From: a phage
DNA: 64,000 bases
Strand: one strand, 5' to 3'
Sequence record: PQ374922.1
The notes beneath the pieces were generated by a model that worked only from the letters and a program-made list of their open reading frames with translations, was not told the DNA's origin and did no database searches. The first letter of the stretch is position 1. Each line of letters begins with the position of its first letter. Below are positions 53,032 to 62,114 of the stretch, piece by piece. Made by a program: the position numbers and the translations under genes.

Positions 53032-53646
53032 TTATGCCTCCTCGTCGATGATTTCTTGCTCATCTTCGACAATCATGATACTTTCTGTGTCCAGATGAGA
53101 AAGTTCCATCAGATCATCATCGAACCCGTCTCCTTCCCTGATATAGAAGACTGGGACGACACGACGGCGGGTCTCTTCATACACGCTTTCAGAGATTCGA
53201 TTGATATGGCGCACTACACTGTAGAGGTTCAGACCACCAATGCCACAGCCGATAGCAGGCAGGCCGACATAGACGGTTTCATCTTTAGTTGCTTCCACAA
53301 TTTCGTGAACCTGCTCAAACAACATCTGAACAGAACTGATGACAGACGGCATGCGAGCGTTCGGACCTGGATAAAACTGAGTGTAGAGGTTCGCGCCCCA
53401 GACACCAGTGCTGTGGTCAAATGCATAGGACATGCCACCCAGGCGTTGCTCTGGACCACGAGGGTCGTTCGCATCGACTTCACGCAGGGCTGGGAAGTTG
53501 TTACCGATGTGCAGAGCAATGCCCGCACCCATGGTAGACCAACAGTTGGCACCGTGGGCAAAGATGTCGATCAGATTGAAGCTACAGGCGGCTTTCAGTA
53601 GATCACCACCATTGATTACATAAGTTGTCATGCGTACTGTCTCCAT
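53032..53646 (-). CDS. Macro-domain protein (ADP-ribose binding/hydrolase fold)
   Basis: VINGGDLL...IDIFAHGANCWSTMGAGIAL and LPAIGCGIGG match macro-domain glycine-rich ADP-ribose-binding loops; acidic C-terminal tail; start 53646 or 53631. Confidence 0.65.
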   Translation of the reverse strand: METVRMTTYVINGGDLLKAACSFNLIDIFAHGANCWSTMGAGIALHIGNNFPALREVDANDPRGPEQRLGGMSYAFDHSTGVWGANLYTQFYPGPNARMPSVISSVQMLFEQVHEIVEATKDETVYVGLPAIGCGIGGLNLYSVVRHINRISESVYEETRRRVVPVFYIREGDGFDDDLMELSHLDTESIMIVEDEQEIIDEEA

Positions 53647-53870
53647 TCAATAATGCTGTTGTCAACACATGACACCTGGATGATGCCTGTGCGGTGGTGA
53701 TAATCAGTCATCTGCATGATAAAGTTGTTCCCATTGTTGATAATGGTGTTGACAACGATACCCTTGGCAGCAAGGCGTATTACAATGGCAGTGCAAAGGC
53801 GGTCCATGTAACCGGACACAGAACCTGGTTCGAAGCATCGCTCGAACAGATTTTCAAATTCTGGGCTCAT
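53628..53870 (-). CDS. hypothetical protein (coding strand ambiguous)
   Basis: 80-aa minus ORF overlapping macro gene start; fully overlapped by a plus-strand ORF (53694..53903) that ends in a canonical plus-strand terminator. Confidence 0.3.
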   Translation of the reverse strand: MSPEFENLFERCFEPGSVSGYMDRLCTAIVIRLAAKGIVVNTIINNGNNFIMQMTDYHHRTGIIQVSCVDNSIIEWRQYA

Positions 53871-53895
53871 TTGATGTTACCAAACAAGGGGTCGA

Positions 53896-53920
53896 GGCGG
53901 TAATAATACCGCCTTTTTCT
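53896..53920 (+). terminator. intrinsic terminator on plus strand inside minus-strand gene block
   Basis: GGCGGTA-ATAA-TACCGCC followed by TTTTTCTT; U-tract only in plus-strand orientation. Confidence 0.55.
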
Positions 53921-54331
53921 TCAATAGAGGTCTTCGGAAAAGAGTTCGCGGAAAGGGGTTGTCTTCAGGCGCACCTGATTGATCTGTCCAGCTTCACGGG
54001 CTACGATGCATGCCTCTTCACGAGTGAGGAAGTTGCCCTGGTTGTCGATGAATCCCTGTTCGCGGGTATGGATGGATTTAATGACGCCTGCTTCTTTCAG
54101 GATCTTGAGCTGGCTGTTCATGAATTTGCTATGGTGACGGTCGGCAACGACGATCACGTCACCATATTTGTTGGCGGCAGCGACCACACGGCGCTCCCAG
54201 GCACCTTCGACAGGAAGTTCACGAGTGTACAATGGAATCATCGTATCGCCGATGTCATCCCCTTTCACCTGTGAGAACAACTTGCCTTCAGTGCCCGTTG
54301 GGAGTTCACGAAAATATCCCAGTAATTTCAT
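53921..54331 (-). CDS. hypothetical protein
   Basis: 136 aa; no confident motif. Confidence 0.45.
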   Translation of the reverse strand: MKLLGYFRELPTGTEGKLFSQVKGDDIGDTMIPLYTRELPVEGAWERRVVAAANKYGDVIVVADRHHSKFMNSQLKILKEAGVIKSIHTREQGFIDNQGNFLTREEACIVAREAGQINQVRLKTTPFRELFSEDLY

Positions 54332-54648
54332 AATCTATTCAATCCAAATTTCAGGTTCAGATATGTCGACCATATCCACTGTCTGGTTCTTCAGATCATG
54401 GAAACGGTCGCCGAGGAATTGTATTTTGCCGTCGGTCAGGAACAGATGGCAAATGATGCTGGATCAGTTGTATTCACCAGCAGGCTCGGTGTGAACGCAA
54501 GAGCAACGACATTGTTGTTCCACATCCACATCAAGACCTTGGATTTCGCCCTTAATGCGATACAGATGAAGTATATCACACCCAGGACAATGAAAATACA
54601 AGGAATCATCCATAGACAGAAGTTTAGGACTCAGAAGCTATGTTATGA

Positions 54649-54936
54649 TCAACCCTCTACAGTAGCATCGGGATCGTAGGGGCGCAGTTCACCAACCAGT
54701 TTCGGAAAGAGTGCAATCCCGAACAGGTTGAAAGAACGCATAGTGCCTACCATTGCAACATCTTCCCCTTCCTCGATATCTTTCAGGGCGCACATTGGGT
54801 AATATTCATCGACCTCTGGGTCTTCCGTCTCACCATAGAGACCAAACGCCACCTCTTCTTTGATAAAGCGAGGAACCAGGAAATCAAATAGGAAAATGAT
54901 GAATACCACAGGTGCCGCAGAACGGAGATAGAACAT
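54649..54936 (-). CDS. hypothetical protein with N-terminal hydrophobic segment
   Basis: 95 aa; AAPVVFIIFLFDFLV then acidic tail. Confidence 0.4.
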   Translation of the reverse strand: MFYLRSAAPVVFIIFLFDFLVPRFIKEEVAFGLYGETEDPEVDEYYPMCALKDIEEGEDVAMVGTMRSFNLFGIALFPKLVGELRPYDPDATVEG

Positions 54937-54975
54937 AGCACAACCCTCCAGGTGAGGAGGGCGAACCCTCCTATG

Positions 54976-56307
54976 TTAAAGGCCAAGAGCCTTTTCAAGG
55001 TCATCAAGGTCTTCAGTGTAAAGATCGATGTCCTCTTTCTTACTTAATTCCTTGTGCTGTGCTTCAAGGTTCTCAATCTGCTTCAGTAGGCGCTCACGGG
55101 CGTCCAGAGTAATAGACGACAGAGGCATCTTGAACAACTCGTCAAGATCACCACCAAAGTCCGGGTGGTCCTGCATGAACAGAGACTTCAGCACGTCAAT
55201 CTTTTGGCGGAGATCAACACGCGTCGCCCATTCAATGAACACCGCCCGGTCACCCAGCTTGCGGATCCTGTCTGCCATGTCCTTCAACAGATACTGGCGA
55301 CGGTCTTCATACCGTGACAGGCGATAATTGAAGAACGGCAGCAACATGTCCCGCCAACCAGAATAACGATGAATAACACCGTCTTCATCCCACGCTGTCC
55401 AAACAGGCTTGGTGGCTGAATACAGCTTGAACATCTGCTCAACCTGCTCGTCACTCAGCTTAGAGAGTTCGCCGCGCTTAAACACAACCGTGATATCCCA
55501 GCCATCTTCCGTCGTGTCGTTGGCGTACTCGGTGAGGATACCAGCCTTGTACAGAGGCAGCAACACCTTGGTCTCATAGGTCTTGGCAAACCAACCCACT
55601 GGGACTTCGGTGATATGCAGGGTCGTGGCATTGACCCGACGGAAGATACCACGACTATATGCTCTTCCTTCCTCAGTATAGCCTGTCTCTCCTTTGAAGC
55701 CGTTCCAGTACGGTTTTAAGTCTTTCGGGTCTTCGCCACGGAGAAGCGCTCTCAGGGCATTCAGCACGGACTTAACGCAATGACACGGGGTGTCGGTGGA
55801 ATATCCGGTGCCGATACCATTGATCCCATTCACCAGGAACATGGGTAGGATGGGCAGAAAGAACTTCGGCTCCAGCCTTTCTTCACCAAGGTAGTTGTAT
55901 TCCAAGATACCCTCATCCTCCTTGCGGAAGATCTTGCGGATAACGTCAGATACAGCGACGGATATGTATCGGGCAGATGAAGCATCACGCCCCATGATAG
56001 AACCAAACTGGCCATCGCGGTCAAAGTACGGGATGTTGTTCGTGCCTGGGAACCCCTGAGCCATGTTCACGATAGTGCCGCTCATGTTCTCACCACCAGA
56101 CTTGTAGTTGGTGCGAGCGGCGGCGAACATACCAAGGCGGTCAACGATCTCCTCCTTGTTGTACTCAAGAGCAGCAAAGAGGATCTTGCGCTGGCTTGGC
56201 TTGAGGCTGTCAATCAGCTGAGGGATTTGACGGATGCTGTTGACCACAGAAAACTGCTTATGGTCAGTGTTGACAAAGTCCGTTACAGTAATGCTCTTAG
56301 CAACCAT
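54976..56307 (-). CDS. 52: DNA topoisomerase II medium subunit (T4 gp52 family, GyrA-like)
   Basis: GyrA-type motif LKPSQRKILFA and breakage-reunion domain layout; start ATG 56307 (SD GAGGA) 1 nt after large-subunit stop. Confidence 0.85.
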   Translation of the reverse strand: MVAKSITVTDFVNTDHKQFSVVNSIRQIPQLIDSLKPSQRKILFAALEYNKEEIVDRLGMFAAARTNYKSGGENMSGTIVNMAQGFPGTNNIPYFDRDGQFGSIMGRDASSARYISVAVSDVIRKIFRKEDEGILEYNYLGEERLEPKFFLPILPMFLVNGINGIGTGYSTDTPCHCVKSVLNALRALLRGEDPKDLKPYWNGFKGETGYTEEGRAYSRGIFRRVNATTLHITEVPVGWFAKTYETKVLLPLYKAGILTEYANDTTEDGWDITVVFKRGELSKLSDEQVEQMFKLYSATKPVWTAWDEDGVIHRYSGWRDMLLPFFNYRLSRYEDRRQYLLKDMADRIRKLGDRAVFIEWATRVDLRQKIDVLKSLFMQDHPDFGGDLDELFKMPLSSITLDARERLLKQIENLEAQHKELSKKEDIDLYTEDLDDLEKALGL

Positions 56308-56308
56308 C

Positions 56309-58219
56309 TTATTCATCCTCAGTTTCAAACAGGCAAACATCGCTAAACCAGGTTTTGCGGTAATCGGCGGCCTCATCACCGAAGCCATTCTTCAGTGACT
56401 GTTGGTAGCCATCGTCCAGCGTGACCGTCGTAGTATACGCATCCAGGTTGTTTAGAATACGTTTGAAGTCTTCAGTGCTGTTACCACCAAGACCTTTCAG
56501 ATATTTCTTCTTCGTGATCTTCTTGGCATCAGGCGTCTTCAGGAACTCCTCATACTCGGCGTTGTTCATGAACTCATGCATCACCTTACCACACCACACA
56601 CGCATGTAAGGGGTGCGCAGGAGCTTCAGCCTGCCCTGACGGACATACTCCGGCCAGTAGGTGCAATACAGGGTGATCAACAACCCACGGATGTGGATGC
56701 CGTCATCGTCCGCATCGGTAGCCACAACAGTCTGTGGGTAACGGGTGATATCAAGGGGCTGGCCTGGCACTGCGCCGCCATGGATCGTACACAGGTTCTT
56801 GAACTCTTCATTGTTCATCACCTTTGAGCGCGGAGCGTTCAGGCAGTTGATGAACTTACCACGAAGCGGGAACAACCCGATCTTCTTGGTGTCGCGGGCG
56901 TTCAGGATAGGATTGGAGGCACTATCACCCTCTGTCAGCAACAGGGAGCATCCGCTGCGGTCACCACGGGCGGTCGCCGGGTAATACTTCTCAATCTCAC
57001 GATAATCTCGCTTGCTGATGTCCTTCTTGGCCTTTTCAAACTCAGCATCATCCTGCTCATTGCGCAGGGAAGCCAGTTCTTTGCTCAGACCAGCCGTAAC
57101 GAACTCAAGCGCCTTGCGGATCAGTTTATCACTGGGCTTGTACGACGTACCGAACTGGCTGACAGGAGTGGTCATGCGCTCCTTGGTCTGGCTGTCAAAG
57201 CGCGGGTTGTTGATGTCGGCGGCGATGAACAAGGACATGTGGTTCTTGATCATTGCTGGCTTCAGTTCGGTCTTGAACTTCTTCACCAGCTGGGGACGAA
57301 TCGCTGCCACGATCTGGTCAGCAACATAATCAACGTGAGGACCACCGATGTGGGTGGCAATAGAGTTCACGTATGATGCGTGCATGAACGTACCGGATGA
57401 AGGGGCTACAGCAACAGACCAATCCCCGGTTTCGTCAACAGCCGAACCAGCATGGAAGTAATCAACGAAGTGGCCAAAGCGGTCAATCCGGATTTGCTTC
57501 CCGTTGAGAACAATCTTCAGGCGCGGGTTACACGCAGCCACTTCAAACGCGCGGCGATAGATCATCAGAAGGTTGTTCTGGTCAAGCCCTTTGACGCCCA
57601 GACGAGCATAGTCAGGGATCCAGGCGATGGATGTGCCAGGACTGTTCACGTTGCTGATGACTGGGTTAGATTTCTTGCTCATGTTGTCTTCAAACGTCTG
57701 AGTATAAGACTTCTTGCCGTCATTAGTCGTGACGCGAAACCATTTGGAGAACACGTTGACGAGGGACGCCCCTTCGCCATTCTGACCACCGGACTTCTGG
57801 TTGTTGTACTCTTCGTCTTCGTCGTTGAAGTTCGATCCCGCATATAGAGAGCCGAACAACATTTCAGGAAGCCACTCGTTGGTGACGCCATGCTTGACCA
57901 CAGGGATACCCCCGTTGTCAGCAACGATGATTTGACCGTTCATCGGGGAAACTGTGACGGTGATTTCCGTCAGGGATTTGCCCTCAGGGGTCTTGCTGTG
58001 GTCAACACAGTTGGTGATGATTTCATCAAACTGTTTGATCAGCGCGGGGGAATACTCAAAGTTGTCACGGAAGATGACTTTGTCCTTAGTTGGGTCATAC
58101 ACCCACACCGTCCCCACAGACGAACGAATACTGCCCAGATGACGCTCTGGGCGGAGTAGGATATGCTCAACGTGAGTGAGCTTCTTGTACTTGCGTTCAA
58201 TATCAATTTTGTTGGACAT
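56309..58219 (-). CDS. 39: DNA topoisomerase II large subunit (GyrB-like ATPase plus TOPRIM; gp39+gp60 equivalent, contiguous)
   Basis: 636 aa; N-terminal GHKL ATPase region (YKKLTHVEHILLRPE...), TOPRIM-like LLLTEGDSA; single uninterrupted ORF. Confidence 0.88.
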   Translation of the reverse strand: MSNKIDIERKYKKLTHVEHILLRPERHLGSIRSSVGTVWVYDPTKDKVIFRDNFEYSPALIKQFDEIITNCVDHSKTPEGKSLTEITVTVSPMNGQIIVADNGGIPVVKHGVTNEWLPEMLFGSLYAGSNFNDEDEEYNNQKSGGQNGEGASLVNVFSKWFRVTTNDGKKSYTQTFEDNMSKKSNPVISNVNSPGTSIAWIPDYARLGVKGLDQNNLLMIYRRAFEVAACNPRLKIVLNGKQIRIDRFGHFVDYFHAGSAVDETGDWSVAVAPSSGTFMHASYVNSIATHIGGPHVDYVADQIVAAIRPQLVKKFKTELKPAMIKNHMSLFIAADINNPRFDSQTKERMTTPVSQFGTSYKPSDKLIRKALEFVTAGLSKELASLRNEQDDAEFEKAKKDISKRDYREIEKYYPATARGDRSGCSLLLTEGDSASNPILNARDTKKIGLFPLRGKFINCLNAPRSKVMNNEEFKNLCTIHGGAVPGQPLDITRYPQTVVATDADDDGIHIRGLLITLYCTYWPEYVRQGRLKLLRTPYMRVWCGKVMHEFMNNAEYEEFLKTPDAKKITKKKYLKGLGGNSTEDFKRILNNLDAYTTTVTLDDGYQQSLKNGFGDEAADYRKTWFSDVCLFETEDE

Positions 58220-58268
58220 CGGCCTATCCCGTCAATGGTAAACACACAAGATTATGTATGGGGTCGGC

Positions 58269-58850
58269 TTATAGACCAAATTTGCTACGCCACTTTTCAA
58301 CCTTGTGTTCAATAGCGTGCTCCACTTTAATGCGAGTGGCCATCAAAGAGGATCCACGGATCGCCCCTTCCCCACACCCCATGCGCGCAACATGCTTGAT
58401 TAGGTCATTGACGAGTTGATCCAATCTGTCTTGACTGCGATAAGGCTGGTTGCACAATCGGATAATCCGGCCATGATAATGATGGATAAGATTCAGATGC
58501 TTTTGAGGATCACGATCAATCAGACGGAACCAGTCTTCTTCCAACAGATTAGAAGAAATATCGTTCACTGTCGCCATGTGGTTGATGACAGAGTCGATCA
58601 TTTCGACCTTGTTCAGAGAGCCGCGCATTTGGACGTCGTCATAATCCATGACGTACAGAAGGTCAATAGCAGAGATAATGACATCAGCAACTTCGCCATT
58701 CAACGGCTCGGAAGATACTATGCCATGAAACACATCAGACAGTTCACAGATCTCTTCACCTAGTTTGTTCAGAACAAACACAGGCGAACGGTCTGGGGTA
58801 TGAGCAGTGCAGTCATAAGAAGTGTCGACGATAGTGTGTAGAAATTTCAT
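58269..58850 (-). CDS. MazG-like nucleotide pyrophosphohydrolase domain protein (putative)
   Basis: LGEEICELSDVF ... GEVADVIISAIDL fits EExxE...E..D pattern of MazG/all-alpha NTP-PPases; 193 aa. Confidence 0.45.
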   Translation of the reverse strand: MKFLHTIVDTSYDCTAHTPDRSPVFVLNKLGEEICELSDVFHGIVSSEPLNGEVADVIISAIDLLYVMDYDDVQMRGSLNKVEMIDSVINHMATVNDISSNLLEEDWFRLIDRDPQKHLNLIHHYHGRIIRLCNQPYRSQDRLDQLVNDLIKHVARMGCGEGAIRGSSLMATRIKVEHAIEHKVEKWRSKFGL

Positions 58851-59335
58851 TTCAAAGTTCCTTGTATGCGGAGACGATTAATGTGGGCAATGATATAGTC
58901 CATAGAGTTTTGAAAACTGTATTTCCCGTTCTGAACATATGCATGGATCAGGGGTAGGCGACTGTACGCCAATCTGATCTTCAGACGTTCAGGCATTGTC
59001 TGGAGTTTCATACTAGTTGCAAATAGGATATCGCGCTTGAATTCTTCGGTAGACGGGTCCAGGACAATGACGCGGGAAGCCGCCAATCCCTGTCCATATT
59101 GCTTGGCCTCATAACCGTCGAGCAGGCGCAGGTTGTCATCCCTATACTTCAGCCAATACCAGTACCCCTCCATGGAGTTAAACACACCATGTTCATGGGT
59201 AGTCATTGGATGATGGGTAAAATGCGAGAGGAAGCGCCCGAGTTCCGTCTGGCTCCGGCTGTAGATGTTGAAGTGATTCTTACCCTCTGTTGCAGGGGTC
59301 ATCTTGTTCTGTGGAACGCTCATTAACAGCATCAT
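58847..59335 (-). CDS. NADAR (YbiA-like) domain protein (putative)
   Basis: HFNIYS ... LGRFLSHF ... P ... SMEGYWYWLKY parallels remembered E. coli YbiA INFYS ... GDFSNF ... P ... TSEHYFQAQKF; start at ATG 59335 with conserved leader. Confidence 0.4.
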   Translation of the reverse strand: MMLLMSVPQNKMTPATEGKNHFNIYSRSQTELGRFLSHFTHHPMTTHEHGVFNSMEGYWYWLKYRDDNLRLLDGYEAKQYGQGLAASRVIVLDPSTEEFKRDILFATSMKLQTMPERLKIRLAYSRLPLIHAYVQNGKYSFQNSMDYIIAHINRLRIQGTLK

Positions 59336-59351
59336 GATGTAGTTTCTCAAA

Positions 59352-59573
59352 TCAAAGTATTGCTGTGTGCAGCCAGTTTATTTCTTCACACCCCAAATAG
59401 GAGCAGAGTAAACCGACAACAGAAAATATAATGGCAAGAAGGTAACGAGTCACCTGCATTTGTGGTGTTGTAAGCAGGCCGATAACGCTTTCGAGCGCCA
59501 GGAACAAACACACCCCAGCGATTACACCGAATTTGAACGAATTACGTTCTCTGTTAATTCTGAACTTGTACAT
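59352..59573 (-). CDS. small membrane protein (two predicted TM helices)
   Basis: 73 aa; FGVIAGVCLFLALESVIGLL and YLLAIIFSVVGLLCSYL. Confidence 0.45.
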   Translation of the reverse strand: MYKFRINRERNSFKFGVIAGVCLFLALESVIGLLTTPQMQVTRYLLAIIFSVVGLLCSYLGCEEINWLHTAIL

Positions 59574-59622
59574 TGCGCACCTCCTGTTAGGGAAATAGGG
59601 GAGTTTCCTCCCCTGTAACTAT

Positions 59623-60168
59623 CTAGCCCAGAAACACTACTAAAGTCAAATTAGTGAGGGCGCTGCGGCCTTCCCGCAGCATTTCATGCGCAGATGCAAG
59701 GCGCTTGGGGTCATGCAATGTATCAGAGAACACGATGATGTTTGCTTTATCGATGCCCGTGCCCATGTAATGGGAGATGGTTGTCGTGTGCTGTTTCTTG
59801 TCTACATCGGGCAATGATACATCCGCGCCTGCTCGGGAGCGGAAGAAAGAATCGCGTTCACTAACGCTATGGAAGACTCCCATGATGTTGAGGTTGTTCT
59901 CTGTCTGGAAATCATAGGACAGAATCTTCTTCAGCGCGGCGGTGTGCCCAGTCTGGCGCAGCATGCGATAGTACAGTATGTTTCCAGGACAGGTGGGGTC
60001 CGTCACACCTCCCCTCGATTGGCGATCTTTCTGGATTTCATACGCATCCAGGATAAGTTGTTGGACCATTTCAATATGGGCAGTCAGGGAGATTTCGACT
60101 TTACGTTTGACCATGGATTTCATTTGGTGTATCCTCAGATAGGTTCCGCTCATGGGGAACGGTTCCAT
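59623..60168 (-). CDS. hypothetical protein
   Basis: 181 aa (start could be a downstream Met); follows bidirectional terminator. Confidence 0.45.
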   Translation of the reverse strand: MEPFPMSGTYLRIHQMKSMVKRKVEISLTAHIEMVQQLILDAYEIQKDRQSRGGVTDPTCPGNILYYRMLRQTGHTAALKKILSYDFQTENNLNIMGVFHSVSERDSFFRSRAGADVSLPDVDKKQHTTTISHYMGTGIDKANIIVFSDTLHDPKRLASAHEMLREGRSALTNLTLVVFLG

Positions 60169-60190
60169 TATACACCAAATGCTGGAAATG

Positions 60191-60216
60191 AAAAAGAGGC
60201 CGGAGCCTCTTTTGTT
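60191..60216 (-). terminator. intrinsic terminator (bidirectional hairpin)
   Basis: AGAGGC-CGGA-GCCTCT flanked by A5 and T-rich tracts; shares GAGGCCGGAGCCTC with terminator at 62406. Confidence 0.55.
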
Positions 60217-60241
60217 AACCCATGATCATCGCGTTCATGGC

Positions 60242-60475
60242 TCATTCCTCTTCATATTTGCCTGTCCTGAAGTTCCACTTTCGCGCATTCTTCAGGTCGA
60301 GGTCTTTGAAGATGTTTCCAAAGATCTTTTGGAAGGAGGTCTGCTCTTGTTCTTCCTCAAGATCCTTGGGCTTCTTGACAGGCTCTTTCACCATACCGCC
60401 TTCGGGTTTCCCCACATCGGCGGTCGTGGTTCCAGGGGCTGCTGAGTCTTCAAGGAAGTCCTGGAAGCCTTTCAT
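60242..60475 (-). CDS. hypothetical protein
   Basis: ATG at 60475 directly after upstream stop; 77 aa acidic/Lys-rich. Confidence 0.4.
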   Translation of the reverse strand: MKGFQDFLEDSAAPGTTTADVGKPEGGMVKEPVKKPKDLEEEQEQTSFQKIFGNIFKDLDLKNARKWNFRTGKYEEE

Positions 60476-60477
60476 GA

Positions 60478-61287
60478 TTAGACCGCAGCCATTTCGCAAC
60501 GAGTAGAGGTCACAGAGTGGCCGTCAGCGTCTTCAACAACACACCAGTACTCACCCTCGTTTTCGGCAGCAACTGCAGTGATAACCAGGCTCGCAGTTGC
60601 AGCAGTGGGGTTAGTGCCAGCATCGATCACCTCACCTTCACCACCAGGGACATCAGAGAAGTACCAAGTATGTGTGTATGGGGTAGTGCCGCCTGTAGCA
60701 GCGATGGTGAAGGTTGCGGATTCACCTGTTGTTACATCCTGAGAAGCGGCCAGATCGGTAGACAGAGACAGAGCGCCAGCCACTGTGATGACGGTAGAGT
60801 CAGTGTGGTCACCTTCGATGGTTACACCGTAAACAGTCACTGAACCCGGCGCCAGTAGCTTGAATTTACCACCACCGATGTGCACAGCTTTGGTCAGATC
60901 GCCAGAGTACCAGTTGACACCCTGGTAGGTCGCGTTCTCCGGAGCGACGACCGCCTTCAGTTCAACAACCTGACCGACTTCACCATTAGCAGTTTCAGGG
61001 GTGATGGTCAGGCCAGTGGTCAGTACAGCGCTTGGGTCGTGGATTTCATAAGACAGCTGGAAGCCAACGGGCTTGGTTGGATCCACTTTGGTGACGCCAT
61101 CGGCCTGCAAATTGCTCTTGGTCAGCAGTGCATCCAGACCTTTACACTCAGTCAGGATCTCGTCTGGGTCTTGGTTAAGACTGGTCTTTTCCCAACCCCG
61201 AGCAGTACCTGTTACAGTGTGAAGACGCTCAGTTTCCGGTTTGTTGCGAACAACTTCCGGTGCTACTAATACAGTGATCGTTGGCAT
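60478..61287 (-). CDS. Ig-like domain virion decoration protein (Hoc-like)
   Basis: ATG 61287 with GGAGGAA SD; Big_2-like segment (ATYQGVNWYSGD) and C-terminal I-set Ig-like domain (GEYWCVVEDADGHSVTSTRCE). Confidence 0.55.
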   Translation of the reverse strand: MPTITVLVAPEVVRNKPETERLHTVTGTARGWEKTSLNQDPDEILTECKGLDALLTKSNLQADGVTKVDPTKPVGFQLSYEIHDPSAVLTTGLTITPETANGEVGQVVELKAVVAPENATYQGVNWYSGDLTKAVHIGGGKFKLLAPGSVTVYGVTIEGDHTDSTVITVAGALSLSTDLAASQDVTTGESATFTIAATGGTTPYTHTWYFSDVPGGEGEVIDAGTNPTAATASLVITAVAAENEGEYWCVVEDADGHSVTSTRCEMAAV

Positions 61288-61658
61288 GGTTTCCTCCACT
61301 CATCCAAATCGTTGTTCAGAGCCATCATCAGCTCATTATCTGGTTCGTATGAACCGGAACATAAATCATCGCGCCATACGCCTAATGTCAACAAAGCAGC
61401 CTTGAGGCGTGGCAACTGGGTCTTATCCACCTTCAAAACGAGCATGCGGCAAGCAGCCTCTGTTTCGAACGTATTGAAGACAGTAATCAATTGATTGAGA
61501 ATCAACCGAGGACTCTTACCAGGGACAAATCTCTTCAATGATTGATTAATTAGCGAAATCCGCTGAATGTCTACCAGCAGTTCATCCCACGAGACAGAAT
61601 CTACAATATAATGCCTCAGTGCATAATCCATCAAGTTGCTTTCGTCAACGATAGGCAT
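61266..61658 (-). CDS. hypothetical protein
   Basis: 130 aa; overlaps Ig-like gene start by 22 nt. Confidence 0.45.
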   Translation of the reverse strand: MPIVDESNLMDYALRHYIVDSVSWDELLVDIQRISLINQSLKRFVPGKSPRLILNQLITVFNTFETEAACRMLVLKVDKTQLPRLKAALLTLGVWRDDLCSGSYEPDNELMMALNNDLDEWRKPCQRSLY

Positions 61659-61688
61659 ATTGAATAAGTTCAGCTGTTGTACGTCGGC

Positions 61689-62114
61689 TTATTTAATCTG
61701 CAATTTTTCGATCAGCTTCGCAATCAGCTGAATGCGATCTTCTTCTGTGATACCCAGCGGCGCAGCCAACAACTTGAGATCGTCAACCCCCAACAGGTTC
61801 AGAGTCTCGACTATGATGTTGGTTTCAATCACAGCCCCGGTTTCAAACGGCTTGCCGAACTTGTCGCGACCATAACGCTTGAGGGTCGCAGCCAGCCCTG
61901 GAAGCTCCTGGAGGAGTTCCTTCGTGCCGTCTTGGTATTCGCACACCCAACCGTACCCGCCAGCGTAGACGACGCCTCCGTCTCCCCCTGGAGGGATGTT
62001 ATCGATGGCGCGTTGTAGGTAGGTAGGCAACACACCTTCCTCCTTCGCCTGGATGTCATCGACTGGGGCTTCGGTTTTGATTTCAACTTTCTTGACTTCT
62101 GGTTTCTTGGCCAT
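61689..62114 (-). CDS. hypothetical protein
   Basis: 141 aa, Lys/Glu-rich N-terminus. Confidence 0.45.
   Translation of the reverse strand: MAKKPEVKKVEIKTEAPVDDIQAKEEGVLPTYLQRAIDNIPPGGDGGVVYAGGYGWVCEYQDGTKELLQELPGLAATLKRYGRDKFGKPFETGAVIETNIIVETLNLLGVDDLKLLAAPLGITEEDRIQLIAKLIEKLQIK

Noticed and set aside
52483-53601. 372-aa plus-strand ORF
   Set aside because: Antisense to minus-strand genes with clear DexA and Macro motifs; lacks SD and any motif. Judged a spurious long ORF.
56309-58219. T4 gene 60-like split topoisomerase subunit or translational bypass element
   Set aside because: The large subunit is one uninterrupted 636-aa ORF spanning both ATPase and TOPRIM regions; no internal stop or gap consistent with a hop.
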